From contig JAZJZE010000005.1 in NCBI GenBank assembly GCA_040390065.1, forward strand, positions 245,170 through 309,169: 64,000 nucleotides of DNA, read 5' to 3'. Positions within the stretch are counted from its first letter, which is position 1; each line of letters starts with the position of its first letter. Under the pieces are notes generated by a model, which was not told the origin of the DNA, searched no databases, and saw only the letters and a program-made list of their open reading frames with translations. The translations under genes and the position numbers were made by a program. Below are positions 28,090 through 37,468 of the stretch, piece after piece. Origin of the DNA: a bacterium. GTDB lineage: Archaea > Thermoplasmatota > E2 > JACPAO01 > JAHFTW01.

Positions 28090-30645
28090 TTGAGCGCTGG
28101 ACGACTCCCCCGTGACGCCCTCCCCGTGTCCTACGCGTTGCACTTGCACGCCGACCCGGCCAAGCCGACGTTTCGTGGCGAACTCGCGTTGACACTCGAC
28201 ATCGCAAAGCCGACGAAGCGCATCGTCCTCAACTCCAAAGGCCTCGCCATCAAGACCGCCCGCCTCGAGCAAAAACGGGCCACCACGCCGGGACGTGCCA
28301 GCAACGACGCCAAAGCGGAGCGCGTCACAATCACGCTTGCGAAGCCAGCCGCCAAAGGCAAGGCGGTCCTGCACTTGGCCTACGAGGGCAAGGTCGCGCA
28401 AGGCATGGCCGGCTTGTACCTGTCCAAGGACGGCTCCGAGGTGTGCCTGGCCACGCAATGCGAAGCCACGGACGCGCGCGCCATCCTGCCATGCTTCGAC
28501 GAGCCGGAACACAAAGCCGTCTTCGCCTGGACCGTGACCGCGCCGGCCAAGCACCGCGTCCTCACCAACGGCGCGCAAGTCTCACGCAAGGTCAAGGGCG
28601 GCCTCGCCACCACGACGTTCGAACCGACGGGGCCGATGGCGAGTTACCTCGCCGCCTGCGTGATCGGACCCTTTGCCTCCACGAAGACGACGCAGGCCAA
28701 CGGCACGCCGTTTGCCGTGTGGGCCCTCGGCGGCAAGCAGAACCTCGGCAACCACGGACGCGACCTCGCAGCCCAGATGCTGCCGTGGTATGAGGACTAC
28801 TTCGGCCAGCCGTACGCGTTCGGCAAGTACGACCAGGTGGCCGTGCCGAGCTTCGCCTTCGGGGCGATGGAGAACGCCGGCCTCGTCACCTTCCGCCCCA
28901 GCCTGCTCCTCGTCGACCCGAAGGCCGCATCGTGGGGCGACCGGCGCGACGTGGCCCTCGTCGTGGCGCACGAGTTCGCCCACATGTGGTTCGGTGACCT
29001 CGTCACCATGGCCTGGTGGGATGACCTCTGGCTGAACGAGGCGTTCGCGGAGTGGATGGCGCACAAGGTCGTCGATGCCCAGCACCCTGACCTGGACGCC
29101 TGGAACCGCTTCAGGGCCCGCGCCGCGGGAGCCTTGTCGACGGACACGCTGCAGAGCACGCACGCAATCTACCATCCCATCAAGACGCCGGCGGAGGCGG
29201 CGGAGATGTTCGACGCCATCACGTACGGCAAGGGGAGCGCCGTCATGCGCATGCTCGAGGCGTTCCTTGGCCCCGACGCATTCCGCAAAGGCCTGCAGTC
29301 CTACATGCGGGAATTCCGTTTCAAGAACGCCGCGGGGGCGGACCTGTGGCGCCATCTCGGCAAGGCGGCGGGTCAGGACGTCGGGAGAATCATGAAGGAC
29401 TGGGTCGGCCAGCCCGGACACCCGGCCCTGTCGTGCGCGTGGGACGGACGGCTTCGCGTCACCCAAGCACGCGCCGTCTCGAGTCCGCTCGTCAAGACGA
29501 CGGCCCAGCGATGGCGCGTCCCGATGGTCATCCGGTACGAGGACGGGGACGGCGTGCACGTCGTGCGGCACCTCCTGTCCAGGCCATCGGAGATCGTCGA
29601 CATTCCCATCTCCGGCCGTCTGCACTGGCTCTGGCCGAACGCCGAAGACGTCGGGTTCTACCAATGCAACCTCGACGCCGGGCTGCGGCGCAGCGCCGTG
29701 GAGCATGCATCGCGGCTACGACCGGAAGAGCGCATCGCCTTCGTGCGCGACTTCTGGTTCCAAGTGCGCGCCGGGCAGGCCGATGCCAACGAGTTCCTGG
29801 CCGTCTTTGCGCAGCTCGCTGACGGCGAGGCACGCTACGACGTCGTGCAGCAGACCGTGGGCCTGATGCGCGGTGCCGAGCGCATCCTCGAAACTGCAGG
29901 CATGGATGCCGCCCTGACGCCGCTTCGACTGTGGGTCGCCAAGAGCCTGGGAGCAAGCTACCGGAAGCTTGGCCCCGAGCCTGGCAAGGAAGACACCGAC
30001 ATGACGCGGGAGCGTCGTGCTGCCCTGCTGCGCGCCCTTGCCGCCGTGGCGCGCGACCCGTCCGCCATCGCCGACGCTCGTGGCGTGGCCATCAAGGAAC
30101 GGCGCAAACCTGCAGCAGTCGATGCCACTGTGTCGGGCGTGGCGGTCGCCATCGAGGCCGTGGTGGGCGACGCGGCAACCCTCAAGACTCACTTGGCGAC
30201 GTACAAGAAACGCCGCGACGGGCACGCCTCGCCGCAAGACGTCGAACGCTACCTGTACGTCCTTCCGGCGTTCCGGGAGCCGAAGCTCGTCGAGGCGGTC
30301 CTTGCGACGTTGAAGGGCGGCGACGTGGCGCCGCAGGCGGTCGGCCCCATCCTTCGTGCCATGCTCGTGGAACCACATTCCCAGCGTCAGGCTTGGGCCT
30401 ACGTGCAACGCAACTGGACGCAGATCAAGACGAAGCTCGGCGAAGCCTGGGTCGCCAACATCGTGGAAGCATCGGGTGAGCTGCCCGCCGACCTTGCACC
30501 CAAGGTCCTCGCGTTCTACCGCAAGCGCCTCGGGAAGATGGCAGGGCAGGCGTTCAAGCGGGCGCAGGAGCGGCTCGAGCAGAACGCCGAATTCATGCAG
30601 CGCGTCGCGCCCGGTGTGGAGAAATGGGCGAAGTCGCTGGCTTGA
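28090..30645 (+). CDS. M1 family aminopeptidase (PepN/tricorn-interacting-factor-like)
   Basis: GAMEN, HEFAH...WLNE, ITYGKG. Confidence 0.95.
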   Translation: MSAGRLPRDALPVSYALHLHADPAKPTFRGELALTLDIAKPTKRIVLNSKGLAIKTARLEQKRATTPGRASNDAKAERVTITLAKPAAKGKAVLHLAYEGKVAQGMAGLYLSKDGSEVCLATQCEATDARAILPCFDEPEHKAVFAWTVTAPAKHRVLTNGAQVSRKVKGGLATTTFEPTGPMASYLAACVIGPFASTKTTQANGTPFAVWALGGKQNLGNHGRDLAAQMLPWYEDYFGQPYAFGKYDQVAVPSFAFGAMENAGLVTFRPSLLLVDPKAASWGDRRDVALVVAHEFAHMWFGDLVTMAWWDDLWLNEAFAEWMAHKVVDAQHPDLDAWNRFRARAAGALSTDTLQSTHAIYHPIKTPAEAAEMFDAITYGKGSAVMRMLEAFLGPDAFRKGLQSYMREFRFKNAAGADLWRHLGKAAGQDVGRIMKDWVGQPGHPALSCAWDGRLRVTQARAVSSPLVKTTAQRWRVPMVIRYEDGDGVHVVRHLLSRPSEIVDIPISGRLHWLWPNAEDVGFYQCNLDAGLRRSAVEHASRLRPEERIAFVRDFWFQVRAGQADANEFLAVFAQLADGEARYDVVQQTVGLMRGAERILETAGMDAALTPLRLWVAKSLGASYRKLGPEPGKEDTDMTRERRAALLRALAAVARDPSAIADARGVAIKERRKPAAVDATVSGVAVAIEAVVGDAATLKTHLATYKKRRDGHASPQDVERYLYVLPAFREPKLVEAVLATLKGGDVAPQAVGPILRAMLVEPHSQRQAWAYVQRNWTQIKTKLGEAWVANIVEASGELPADLAPKVLAFYRKRLGKMAGQAFKRAQERLEQNAEFMQRVAPGVEKWAKSLA

Positions 30646-30689
30646 CGACGCCTGTCCCAAACCACCGATGCAACCCATTCAACCGACCG
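30644..30689 (+). repeat. Stop-anchored GACGACG/(CAACCGATG)n repeat copy
   Basis: TGACGACG...ACCGATGCAACCCATTCAACCGA; similar to copies at 40175-40341. Confidence 0.55.
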
Positions 30690-30722
30690 GTGTCGCATGG
30701 GCCGCATCGCCTTCATCAGTGG

Positions 30723-32810
30723 TCATGCTGCCCGTCGGCGGCGACGCACGGCAACGGCGCAAAGACCGATGGCGAGCAAAGCCAAGCCAAGCGCGGGCGT
30801 CTTCTTTGGCGCGGGCGGACAGGCAAGTGCCGAGTCACCATCATGGAATGCAACCGTCGTGGTCTCGCCGTTGCAGACGAGCGTGTTGCAGGACGCACCG
30901 CTGCATGTTCCCTGCCCGGCCGGAATCGTCGCGTAGGACTGGCCCCCGGCGAAGTCGGTTGCAAGGACGCGGATTGTCTGGTTCAACTGGCGCAAGGTTC
31001 GAACGTAGTGGAAGGCCCGGTGCTGGAGACCGTCGAACGGGCCAAGACTGTGACATTCCAGGTTGTTGCCCGGACAGAGGAACTCCGTGACATTGAGCGC
31101 CGGCGTGAAGCTGACGTTCGCGACGCCTCCGGGGTCATACACGACGACGAGACCCTGGTGCGGCAGCTGGATGATGGGGGGCGCACGGTCCCCCCACTTG
31201 TCCTTCGGCACCATCGGGATGTCGAGCCAAGAACCTGCACCAATCGTGACCTTCCCGGGCTCGCGACTGGCATAGAAGCCGAAGTCCGTCGTGGCAATCT
31301 GCAAAGCAATGCGGTGGCCGGCCGGGAAAGTGTGGCTCACGGCTTGCATGGCGACGTCGACCATCCGGCTCGTCGAAGCGCCAGTTCGCATGGGCATCAC
31401 TTGGCGGCCCACATACGTGGCCTTCCCCGCGGCGTCGACATCGGCGAGGGTAAGGAAGACGCGCACGTCACCGGGCTGCGTCGAGGTGAGCACGAGATGC
31501 GCCATCGGCGTTCCCGTCACTTCCTGGTCTGCCGGAAGCGCGGGGCCAGCCCATAGAGCCGACGACTCCGGCGTCGTGTACGGGCAGTTGCTTCCAGCTT
31601 GGCTCTGGAAACTCGGCACGTCGACGCATGTCGCTGGGAACACGGGATTGACCAGGTCCGTCGTCGCCGCCGCGGGGGGCATGGCGCTAAGTCCGTCATT
31701 TCCTGCGGCACCGAGATAGCCTCGCCACGTGGTGTTGCCGGCGGGCGGCCACTGCAGTTCGCCGGCGAAGTCCTTCTCCGCGTCGCGGTAGCGCAGCACC
31801 GGGTACGGCGGCGTCGTATACGGCATGTGACGCAGCGTCGCGTTGAACCATTGGTCCATCTGCTGGTCGACGAAGATGGCGGCCGAGTCGGTGTCCGCAA
31901 GGCTTTGCCCGTGGCCGCCGGGATAGAAGATGAGGCGCACGGGGACGCCGCGCGAACGCAGGTCGGCAAACGTGGCGATGGCCTGGTCCGGCGGGAAAAA
32001 GGTATCGCCCCAGCCCTGGACGAGCAGGGTCGGCGCCTTCAGTGCGCCGGGATGGACGCTGCGGACCCAGCCAATCTCGGTGCCCATCTCATCCGTGGGC
32101 CCGTTTTGCGCGGACGACTCGGCGTACCACTCGCTGAGCTTCTGGCTGGGCCCATTTGCGTCCGGCTTGTCGCCTGGATGCGTGCTTGGCGCGGGCGCTC
32201 CGCGGGCCACGGTCTCGCCCGTCGCGTACAATTCGCTCACCCAGCCAATCTTCAGCACGTCGTGCGGCGCCAAGGAGAACAGCAGGTTGTTCCACGTGAT
32301 GCGGGGAATCAGGGAGTCGAGGCGCGGGTCGCCTTGCGCGGTGAGGAGTTGGATGCCACCACCGTACGATTCGCCCACCATGCCGACGCGCGGGTCCTTG
32401 GCGCCGTCCATCTCGATGTGCCACTTCGCCGCATTCGTCGACAGCAGGTCGATGAGGGCGCGCGTGTCGTTCTGTTCCTTGGGCCCGTCGAGTTCGACCT
32501 CGCCGCCCGAATTGCCCCAGCCGCGGCTCGTCCAGCCGAGGACGACGTACCCCTGGTTGGCGTAGCGTTCGGCAAGTCGGAGTTCGGTGCCCGTGTCGTG
32601 CCGGTTGTTCCAACCGTTCGTGATCAGGATGGCCGGCGTCGGCGTCGTGGCCTTCGGGACCCAGACCGAGGCGGCCAGGACCGTGCCGTCGAAACTCGTG
32701 AAGGCGAAGTCGGTGCGGTCCCACGTGGAGGCCGGCGTCTGCGCCTGCGCGGCGCCGGGCACAAGCGACGCCACGACAAGGAATGCGACGACGAGGCAGC
32801 GCACCATCAT
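30723..32810 (-). CDS. Secreted CocE/NonD (S15) alpha/beta hydrolase with C-terminal membrane anchor
   Basis: Signal peptide, SRGWGNSGG, GESYGG nucleophile, TPALG-TM-RRRRR tail. Confidence 0.88.
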   Translation of the reverse strand: MMVRCLVVAFLVVASLVPGAAQAQTPASTWDRTDFAFTSFDGTVLAASVWVPKATTPTPAILITNGWNNRHDTGTELRLAERYANQGYVVLGWTSRGWGNSGGEVELDGPKEQNDTRALIDLLSTNAAKWHIEMDGAKDPRVGMVGESYGGGIQLLTAQGDPRLDSLIPRITWNNLLFSLAPHDVLKIGWVSELYATGETVARGAPAPSTHPGDKPDANGPSQKLSEWYAESSAQNGPTDEMGTEIGWVRSVHPGALKAPTLLVQGWGDTFFPPDQAIATFADLRSRGVPVRLIFYPGGHGQSLADTDSAAIFVDQQMDQWFNATLRHMPYTTPPYPVLRYRDAEKDFAGELQWPPAGNTTWRGYLGAAGNDGLSAMPPAAATTDLVNPVFPATCVDVPSFQSQAGSNCPYTTPESSALWAGPALPADQEVTGTPMAHLVLTSTQPGDVRVFLTLADVDAAGKATYVGRQVMPMRTGASTSRMVDVAMQAVSHTFPAGHRIALQIATTDFGFYASREPGKVTIGAGSWLDIPMVPKDKWGDRAPPIIQLPHQGLVVVYDPGGVANVSFTPALNVTEFLCPGNNLECHSLGPFDGLQHRAFHYVRTLRQLNQTIRVLATDFAGGQSYATIPAGQGTCSGASCNTLVCNGETTTVAFHDGDSALACPPAPKKTPALGLALLAIGLCAVAVRRRRRAA

Positions 32811-32889
32811 CAGCGCACGATTCGCATTGCACCCGATAAGATTTCCTCCCCCCACAAAGCCTATGCCGGAGCCGCGGCCTCGTTGCGGC

Positions 32890-33909
32890 ATGCGCTTGCC
32901 CGCCATCGCCGCGACCCTTGCCTTCGTCGCGTTGGCCTTTGCCGGCTGCTCGGGCTCGAGCACGCCCACCACCGACCCATTCAACCTGAGCCGCGCGGGC
33001 GGGCCCCACGGCGCCAACGTCACCGTCGACGCATTGCCTTGGCGAGTCGGCGAATCGTGGGACCACCACTGGTTCATCGGCAAGAACGACACGGCGGGCT
33101 TCGTGGTGCGCACGGTCGTTGCCGAGAACCGCACCACGGGCGTCCTCGTGGCCGCGGCCAATGCGACGGATGCGGCCTTCCACGGCGCCTTCCTGTTCCC
33201 GACCTTCGGGGTTTTCCCCAGGACTAACGTGGCTGCCGACGTCGGCACGAACCACTGGCCTTGGTACCGTTTCCCGCTCGCCAACGCCACGTGGACGGAC
33301 ACGCTCGTCTCGCGGGGTGGCAGCGGGGAGGCCTACACCTTGCCCGTCACGGTCGTGCAGAAGTCCACGGGCCATCGCTCGTTTGCCGTGGAGATGCGCA
33401 CTGCGGGCAAACTCGTGGCCACGTACGACTACGACGCGAAGACGCATTGGTTCTCCGAGATGCGCGTCTACGATACGGCGAAGGACTCGACGCCGGATCA
33501 ATGGGTCGCCCGCATCGTCTCCGAGGCTCACGCATACGACTACACGGGCCCGTACTTCGACGACACCGGGGACGTCCTCCTGCAGTTCCAGAACGTACAG
33601 GTCCCGGGAGTCGTCCCGACGCCGTCTGCCAGCTTCACGATGACGGCGGACCAGAACAAACTCCTCATGATCCGCGTCACCTTCGCCGCCGACGGCGCGC
33701 AAGAGACCACCGTCCTGGACCCCAACATGGATCCGGCGACCAAGGCCATCTACCACCAGGAGGCGTATGGAGCGTCGTCACAGTCGGTGTCGACGGACCT
33801 TTTCCACGGCATCCCCGGAACCTGGCAGGTGGTGAGCACCGGCGGCGGCGTTGCGACGGGATCCATCGTGTTCGCCTACGGCATCCACGAACGCGCGGGT
33901 TCGCTGTAG
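32890..33909 (+). CDS. Putative lipoprotein
   Basis: LAFAGC lipobox. Confidence 0.75.
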   Translation: MRLPAIAATLAFVALAFAGCSGSSTPTTDPFNLSRAGGPHGANVTVDALPWRVGESWDHHWFIGKNDTAGFVVRTVVAENRTTGVLVAAANATDAAFHGAFLFPTFGVFPRTNVAADVGTNHWPWYRFPLANATWTDTLVSRGGSGEAYTLPVTVVQKSTGHRSFAVEMRTAGKLVATYDYDAKTHWFSEMRVYDTAKDSTPDQWVARIVSEAHAYDYTGPYFDDTGDVLLQFQNVQVPGVVPTPSASFTMTADQNKLLMIRVTFAADGAQETTVLDPNMDPATKAIYHQEAYGASSQSVSTDLFHGIPGTWQVVSTGGGVATGSIVFAYGIHERAGSL

Positions 33910-33913
33910 CCGG

Positions 33914-34786
33914 TTACTGCGGGGGCTGCTGGCCGGAGCCGCGGACCTGGTACGCGCCGGAGAGCTGTTCCGTCGTGAAGCCGGCGGCCGTGGTTCCCGT
34001 CGTGGCGAAGCGGTACAGGGCTGCCTTGTAGACGCCTTGGACGACGGCCTGGATGGCAAGCACCACGAGGCCGAGGGTCACGAAGACCGCGATGATGGGG
34101 ACGGCGCCGAGCCAGTCCCGCGCCTGGATGAGTGGCGCCGCAAGAGCGTAGCCAAGCATGGCAAGGAGCATGAAGACCAAGCCGAAGACTAGGCCGACGC
34201 CGCCGTTGCCGATGACTTGCTCGCCCCAGGTCTTCTTGAAGAGCGCGCCGGAGCGGCCCACCGAGCCGACCATCGGGACCTCCTCGAACAGGAGGACCGG
34301 GACCATGAAGTACGTCGCAAGTGACCAGGCCATGTTGCCGAGACCTGCGACGATGCGGCCGGCCATGCCGCCGCGCTCGCGCAGCATCTGCAGCAGGATG
34401 TTGACCGTCGCCAACACGGCGGACCAGACGAGGATGCGGCCGGCCTTTCGGCTTGCGGCCTTGAGGGCGGAGCCCAAGGTGGGGTTGCCACCGGACAGGC
34501 GCTCCATGGCGCCGGCCACGACGGCGGCGGCGAAGAAGGTCTGGATGAACGCCAGGCTCAGGTACAGAAACGCGGCCAGCGCAAGCTGCAGCGGGGCGAC
34601 GTCGCCGGTCTGCTCGTTTGTAATCGGGCCGAGCAGGTGGTACCGCGCGGCGACCCCGATGACCAAGGCAAACGACGCGACCATCGCGAGCAGCGACAGC
34701 ACAGGCAGGATGAGCAGTTCCTTGTCGGCGGACGCGACCTTGAAGCTGGTCTTGGTGAGCTCCCAGGAGTTGGCGAAGCGGCCCAT
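33914..34786 (-). CDS. Membrane protein (DUF6159-like)
   Basis: MGRF..SW.L.K.SF.V...DKELL, S..LFKKTWGE, ALY.FA motifs. Confidence 0.75.
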   Translation of the reverse strand: MGRFANSWELTKTSFKVASADKELLILPVLSLLAMVASFALVIGVAARYHLLGPITNEQTGDVAPLQLALAAFLYLSLAFIQTFFAAAVVAGAMERLSGGNPTLGSALKAASRKAGRILVWSAVLATVNILLQMLRERGGMAGRIVAGLGNMAWSLATYFMVPVLLFEEVPMVGSVGRSGALFKKTWGEQVIGNGGVGLVFGLVFMLLAMLGYALAAPLIQARDWLGAVPIIAVFVTLGLVVLAIQAVVQGVYKAALYRFATTGTTAAGFTTEQLSGAYQVRGSGQQPPQ

Positions 34787-34935
34787 GGCGGGGGCATGCA
34801 GGGCCGGTGGGGAAAAGCGTTCCGCAGTGCGCCGTCGCACGGCTTTTCCCGGCGTTTTTGCCCTTTCTGTGGCCTTCCTGCGCGAACCGAAGCTACGGCA
34901 AAGGGTTGTATGGGCGGTGGATCGTCGGTCCGGCC

Positions 34936-35061
34936 ATGGCGGATGCCACCAAGAGCGTTGCTTGCAAACAGTGCGGCGCCGAGATGATTCCTCTGACGGC
35001 CGTGTGGCGTTGCCCGGCGTGCAGGTACCGCGAGGTCATGCGCAAGGGCCGTGCGCCGTAG
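34936..35061 (+). CDS. 41-aa Zn-finger microprotein
   Basis: CKQCG...CPAC. Confidence 0.6.
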   Translation: MADATKSVACKQCGAEMIPLTAVWRCPACRYREVMRKGRAP

Positions 35062-35075
35062 TCAACGCACCGTCG

Positions 35076-36542
35076 TCAACCGAGCACGCGCGGCTTGCCG
35101 GAGACAAGGCTCGGGCCGTCCGACAACCAGGCCACGTACACCGTGTCATCGCGCGACGATGTCACGTCGGTCTGCCCGGGGGTCAGGCACTTGGCGCTGG
35201 TGCAGCCATCCGCGTACGACACCCACGGCCGGCCGTCGGGCCCCACCGAGATGTCGATGAAATCCAAGAGGTTGCGGTCGTCGTGCTTGCACGGCAACGT
35301 CATGCAGATGCTGCCGCGCTGGACTGGGTCGTTGACGGGATTGACTCGAACCGTGGCAAACGTCGGCTTGCCCGCCGCGGCGTCGAGGCTCATGCCCACG
35401 TACAGGTTCCATTGCGTGCGGGACCCGGCGGCATCGGGGCCCTCCGTGGTCTGGGTCGTCCCGAGGAAGGCGTAGGCGATGCGGCCGTCAGAGCCGCCCA
35501 CGACCGCCGTGAAGACGCTGGACTTCACTTCGGGCGGCGACAGGGCGTACGGCCCCTCAAACGAGGCGAACCTGTCGTGGCTGCGCAGCATGTACACGTG
35601 ATGGTCCGTGCCGCGGTAGACGTAGTAGGCGGTTCCGTCCGGCGTGGTCGTGATGGATGGGTCGAGCTCGAGTTCCCCTTGCTTCGGGTCGCGGCGTGTC
35701 CACGTCAGGCCGCCGTCGGTGGAGGTTGCGATGCGCGATTCCTTGCACTCGTAGCCGTAGGGCACGTAGATGGTGCCGTCCGGGGCGTGGTGCTGATGAC
35801 CGTTCAGGCCGCCGCAGTTGCCAATGGCCTGCGTGAGAAGGTCGGGCAGTGGGACGACGCTGCCGCCCTGGTACCCGTCCACGTTGGTGTCCTGCGGGAA
35901 CGTGATGCCTCCGTCGAGGGACGCCGCACAGTGGGTCGACCCAAGATTGTTGTAGCACAACGTGACCAGTTGGGGATAGGGCGATGCAGCGGCCGTGGCG
36001 GCTTGCGGTCCGGCGTACTTCCCGGTGGCCAGCTTTTGGTGGTCGACCTGCCCAAGGGATTGTGCGGGGCAGATCATGGGGAAATCCATCCAGGCATCGC
36101 CGTCGTTGTCGCTCACGGCGATGGTGCGGCACGTCTTTTCGGGATTGATGTGCGTGGCGAAGATGCGGTCGGTCTTGGGGTCCACCCAGAGCATGGGGTC
36201 GAAGTCCTGGCCCCCCGAGGCACGATGCACGGACTGCCACGTCTTGCCGCCGTCACGCGACCGCAGGACGTCCTCGTAGGCGGCCACGAAGACGGAGGCC
36301 TTCGACGTCACCCCGACGGAGGGTTCGGCGCCATCGAAGCCGGTGGCGACGGTGGAAAAGCGCAGGGTCTTGCCGAAGGCGGCTGGCAGGGGTGCCGCGA
36401 GGATGGTCGTGCCGTCTGCCTGGTGGACGTACAGGTCGGCCCCGGTCGAGGTCGACGGCGGCGGCGGGCGAGACGTGGACGACCCGCCAAAACACCCCGA
36501 GGCAGCGATGGCCAGGGCGAGCAGCAACCCCAGGACGCGCAC
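35076..36542 (-). CDS. Sialidase-like (BNR/Asp-box) lipoprotein
   Basis: Lipobox AASGC; repeated SxDGGxTW. Confidence 0.82.
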   Translation of the reverse strand: MRVLGLLLALAIAASGCFGGSSTSRPPPPSTSTGADLYVHQADGTTILAAPLPAAFGKTLRFSTVATGFDGAEPSVGVTSKASVFVAAYEDVLRSRDGGKTWQSVHRASGGQDFDPMLWVDPKTDRIFATHINPEKTCRTIAVSDNDGDAWMDFPMICPAQSLGQVDHQKLATGKYAGPQAATAAASPYPQLVTLCYNNLGSTHCAASLDGGITFPQDTNVDGYQGGSVVPLPDLLTQAIGNCGGLNGHQHHAPDGTIYVPYGYECKESRIATSTDGGLTWTRRDPKQGELELDPSITTTPDGTAYYVYRGTDHHVYMLRSHDRFASFEGPYALSPPEVKSSVFTAVVGGSDGRIAYAFLGTTQTTEGPDAAGSRTQWNLYVGMSLDAAAGKPTFATVRVNPVNDPVQRGSICMTLPCKHDDRNLLDFIDISVGPDGRPWVSYADGCTSAKCLTPGQTDVTSSRDDTVYVAWLSDGPSLVSGKPRVLG

Positions 36543-36631
36543 ACCTCGCCAGCCCGCAGCAGGACTACAAGCGTTGCGGTCGCCCCGGAGTCAAAAGGGC
36601 TTTCATGGCCCCTCTTGTCGCCCGACCCAGA

Positions 36632-37468
36632 ATGGCGCCGGTGGAGACCGCCCACGCGCAGGGGCTTTGGGGAACGCAGCGCAAGGACATGTGGTGGGTC
36701 GAGCCCGCCCTCATCTTCACCATCCTGACGGGCTTCGTCGTGTATGCGACGTACCGCATCTTCGAAGGCAACAACCCGGCGACGCGCTTCTTCGAAGTGG
36801 ACGGCACCGGGGCGCATGCGTACCATTACCTGTCGCCGTTCGGAACGCCGGACCTGACCATGTTCGTGCCGAGCTTCCTGAAGACGTTGCCGGGCATCGG
36901 CCCCATCGCGGCGCCGTTCCTGTCGAACCCGGCGTTCCTGATCCTGCCCATCCCGGCCGGTTTCCGCTTCACTTGCTACTACTACCGCAAGGCGTACTAC
37001 CGCAGCTTCGTGCAGCGCCCGGCGGCGTGCGGCGTCGAGGCGGCGAAGGGCTACCGCTACGAGGGCGAGCGCGGCCTCATGATCCTGCAGAACGTTCACC
37101 GCTACTTCCTCTACCTCGCCATCATCGTGACGGGGTTCCTGGCCTGGGACGCCATCCGCGGCATCTGGACGCCGACGGGCTTGTACTTCGGCATCGGGAA
37201 CGTCATCATGGTCGCAAACGTCGGGCTGCTTGGCGCGTACACATTCGGTTGCCACTCCTTCCGCCACCTCGTCGGCGGCAAACTGGACTGCTTCTCCTGC
37301 GACGCCATCAGCCAGACGCGGTACTCCATCTGGAAGCGCGTCACGATGCTGAACCAGCGCCACATGCTCATGGCCATGGCGAGCCTGTTCTCCGTCGCGC
37401 TCACGGACGTCTACATCCGCTACGTCGGCATGAACCACATCCAGTCCATTTGGGGGCTGCCGCCATGA
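36632..37468 (+). CDS. Succinate dehydrogenase membrane subunit, actinobacterial Sdh1-like
   Basis: FRFTCYYYRKAYYRSF, QNVHRYF, GCHSFRH, NQRHM; coupled to sdhA. Confidence 0.85.
   Translation: MAPVETAHAQGLWGTQRKDMWWVEPALIFTILTGFVVYATYRIFEGNNPATRFFEVDGTGAHAYHYLSPFGTPDLTMFVPSFLKTLPGIGPIAAPFLSNPAFLILPIPAGFRFTCYYYRKAYYRSFVQRPAACGVEAAKGYRYEGERGLMILQNVHRYFLYLAIIVTGFLAWDAIRGIWTPTGLYFGIGNVIMVANVGLLGAYTFGCHSFRHLVGGKLDCFSCDAISQTRYSIWKRVTMLNQRHMLMAMASLFSVALTDVYIRYVGMNHIQSIWGLPP

Noticed and set aside
36343-37464. Long N-terminal extensions on SdhA, RaSEA, KorB and GT4 in the ORF track
   Set aside because: Artefacts of earliest-start calling; better-supported starts lie at ATGA overlaps or downstream ATGs.
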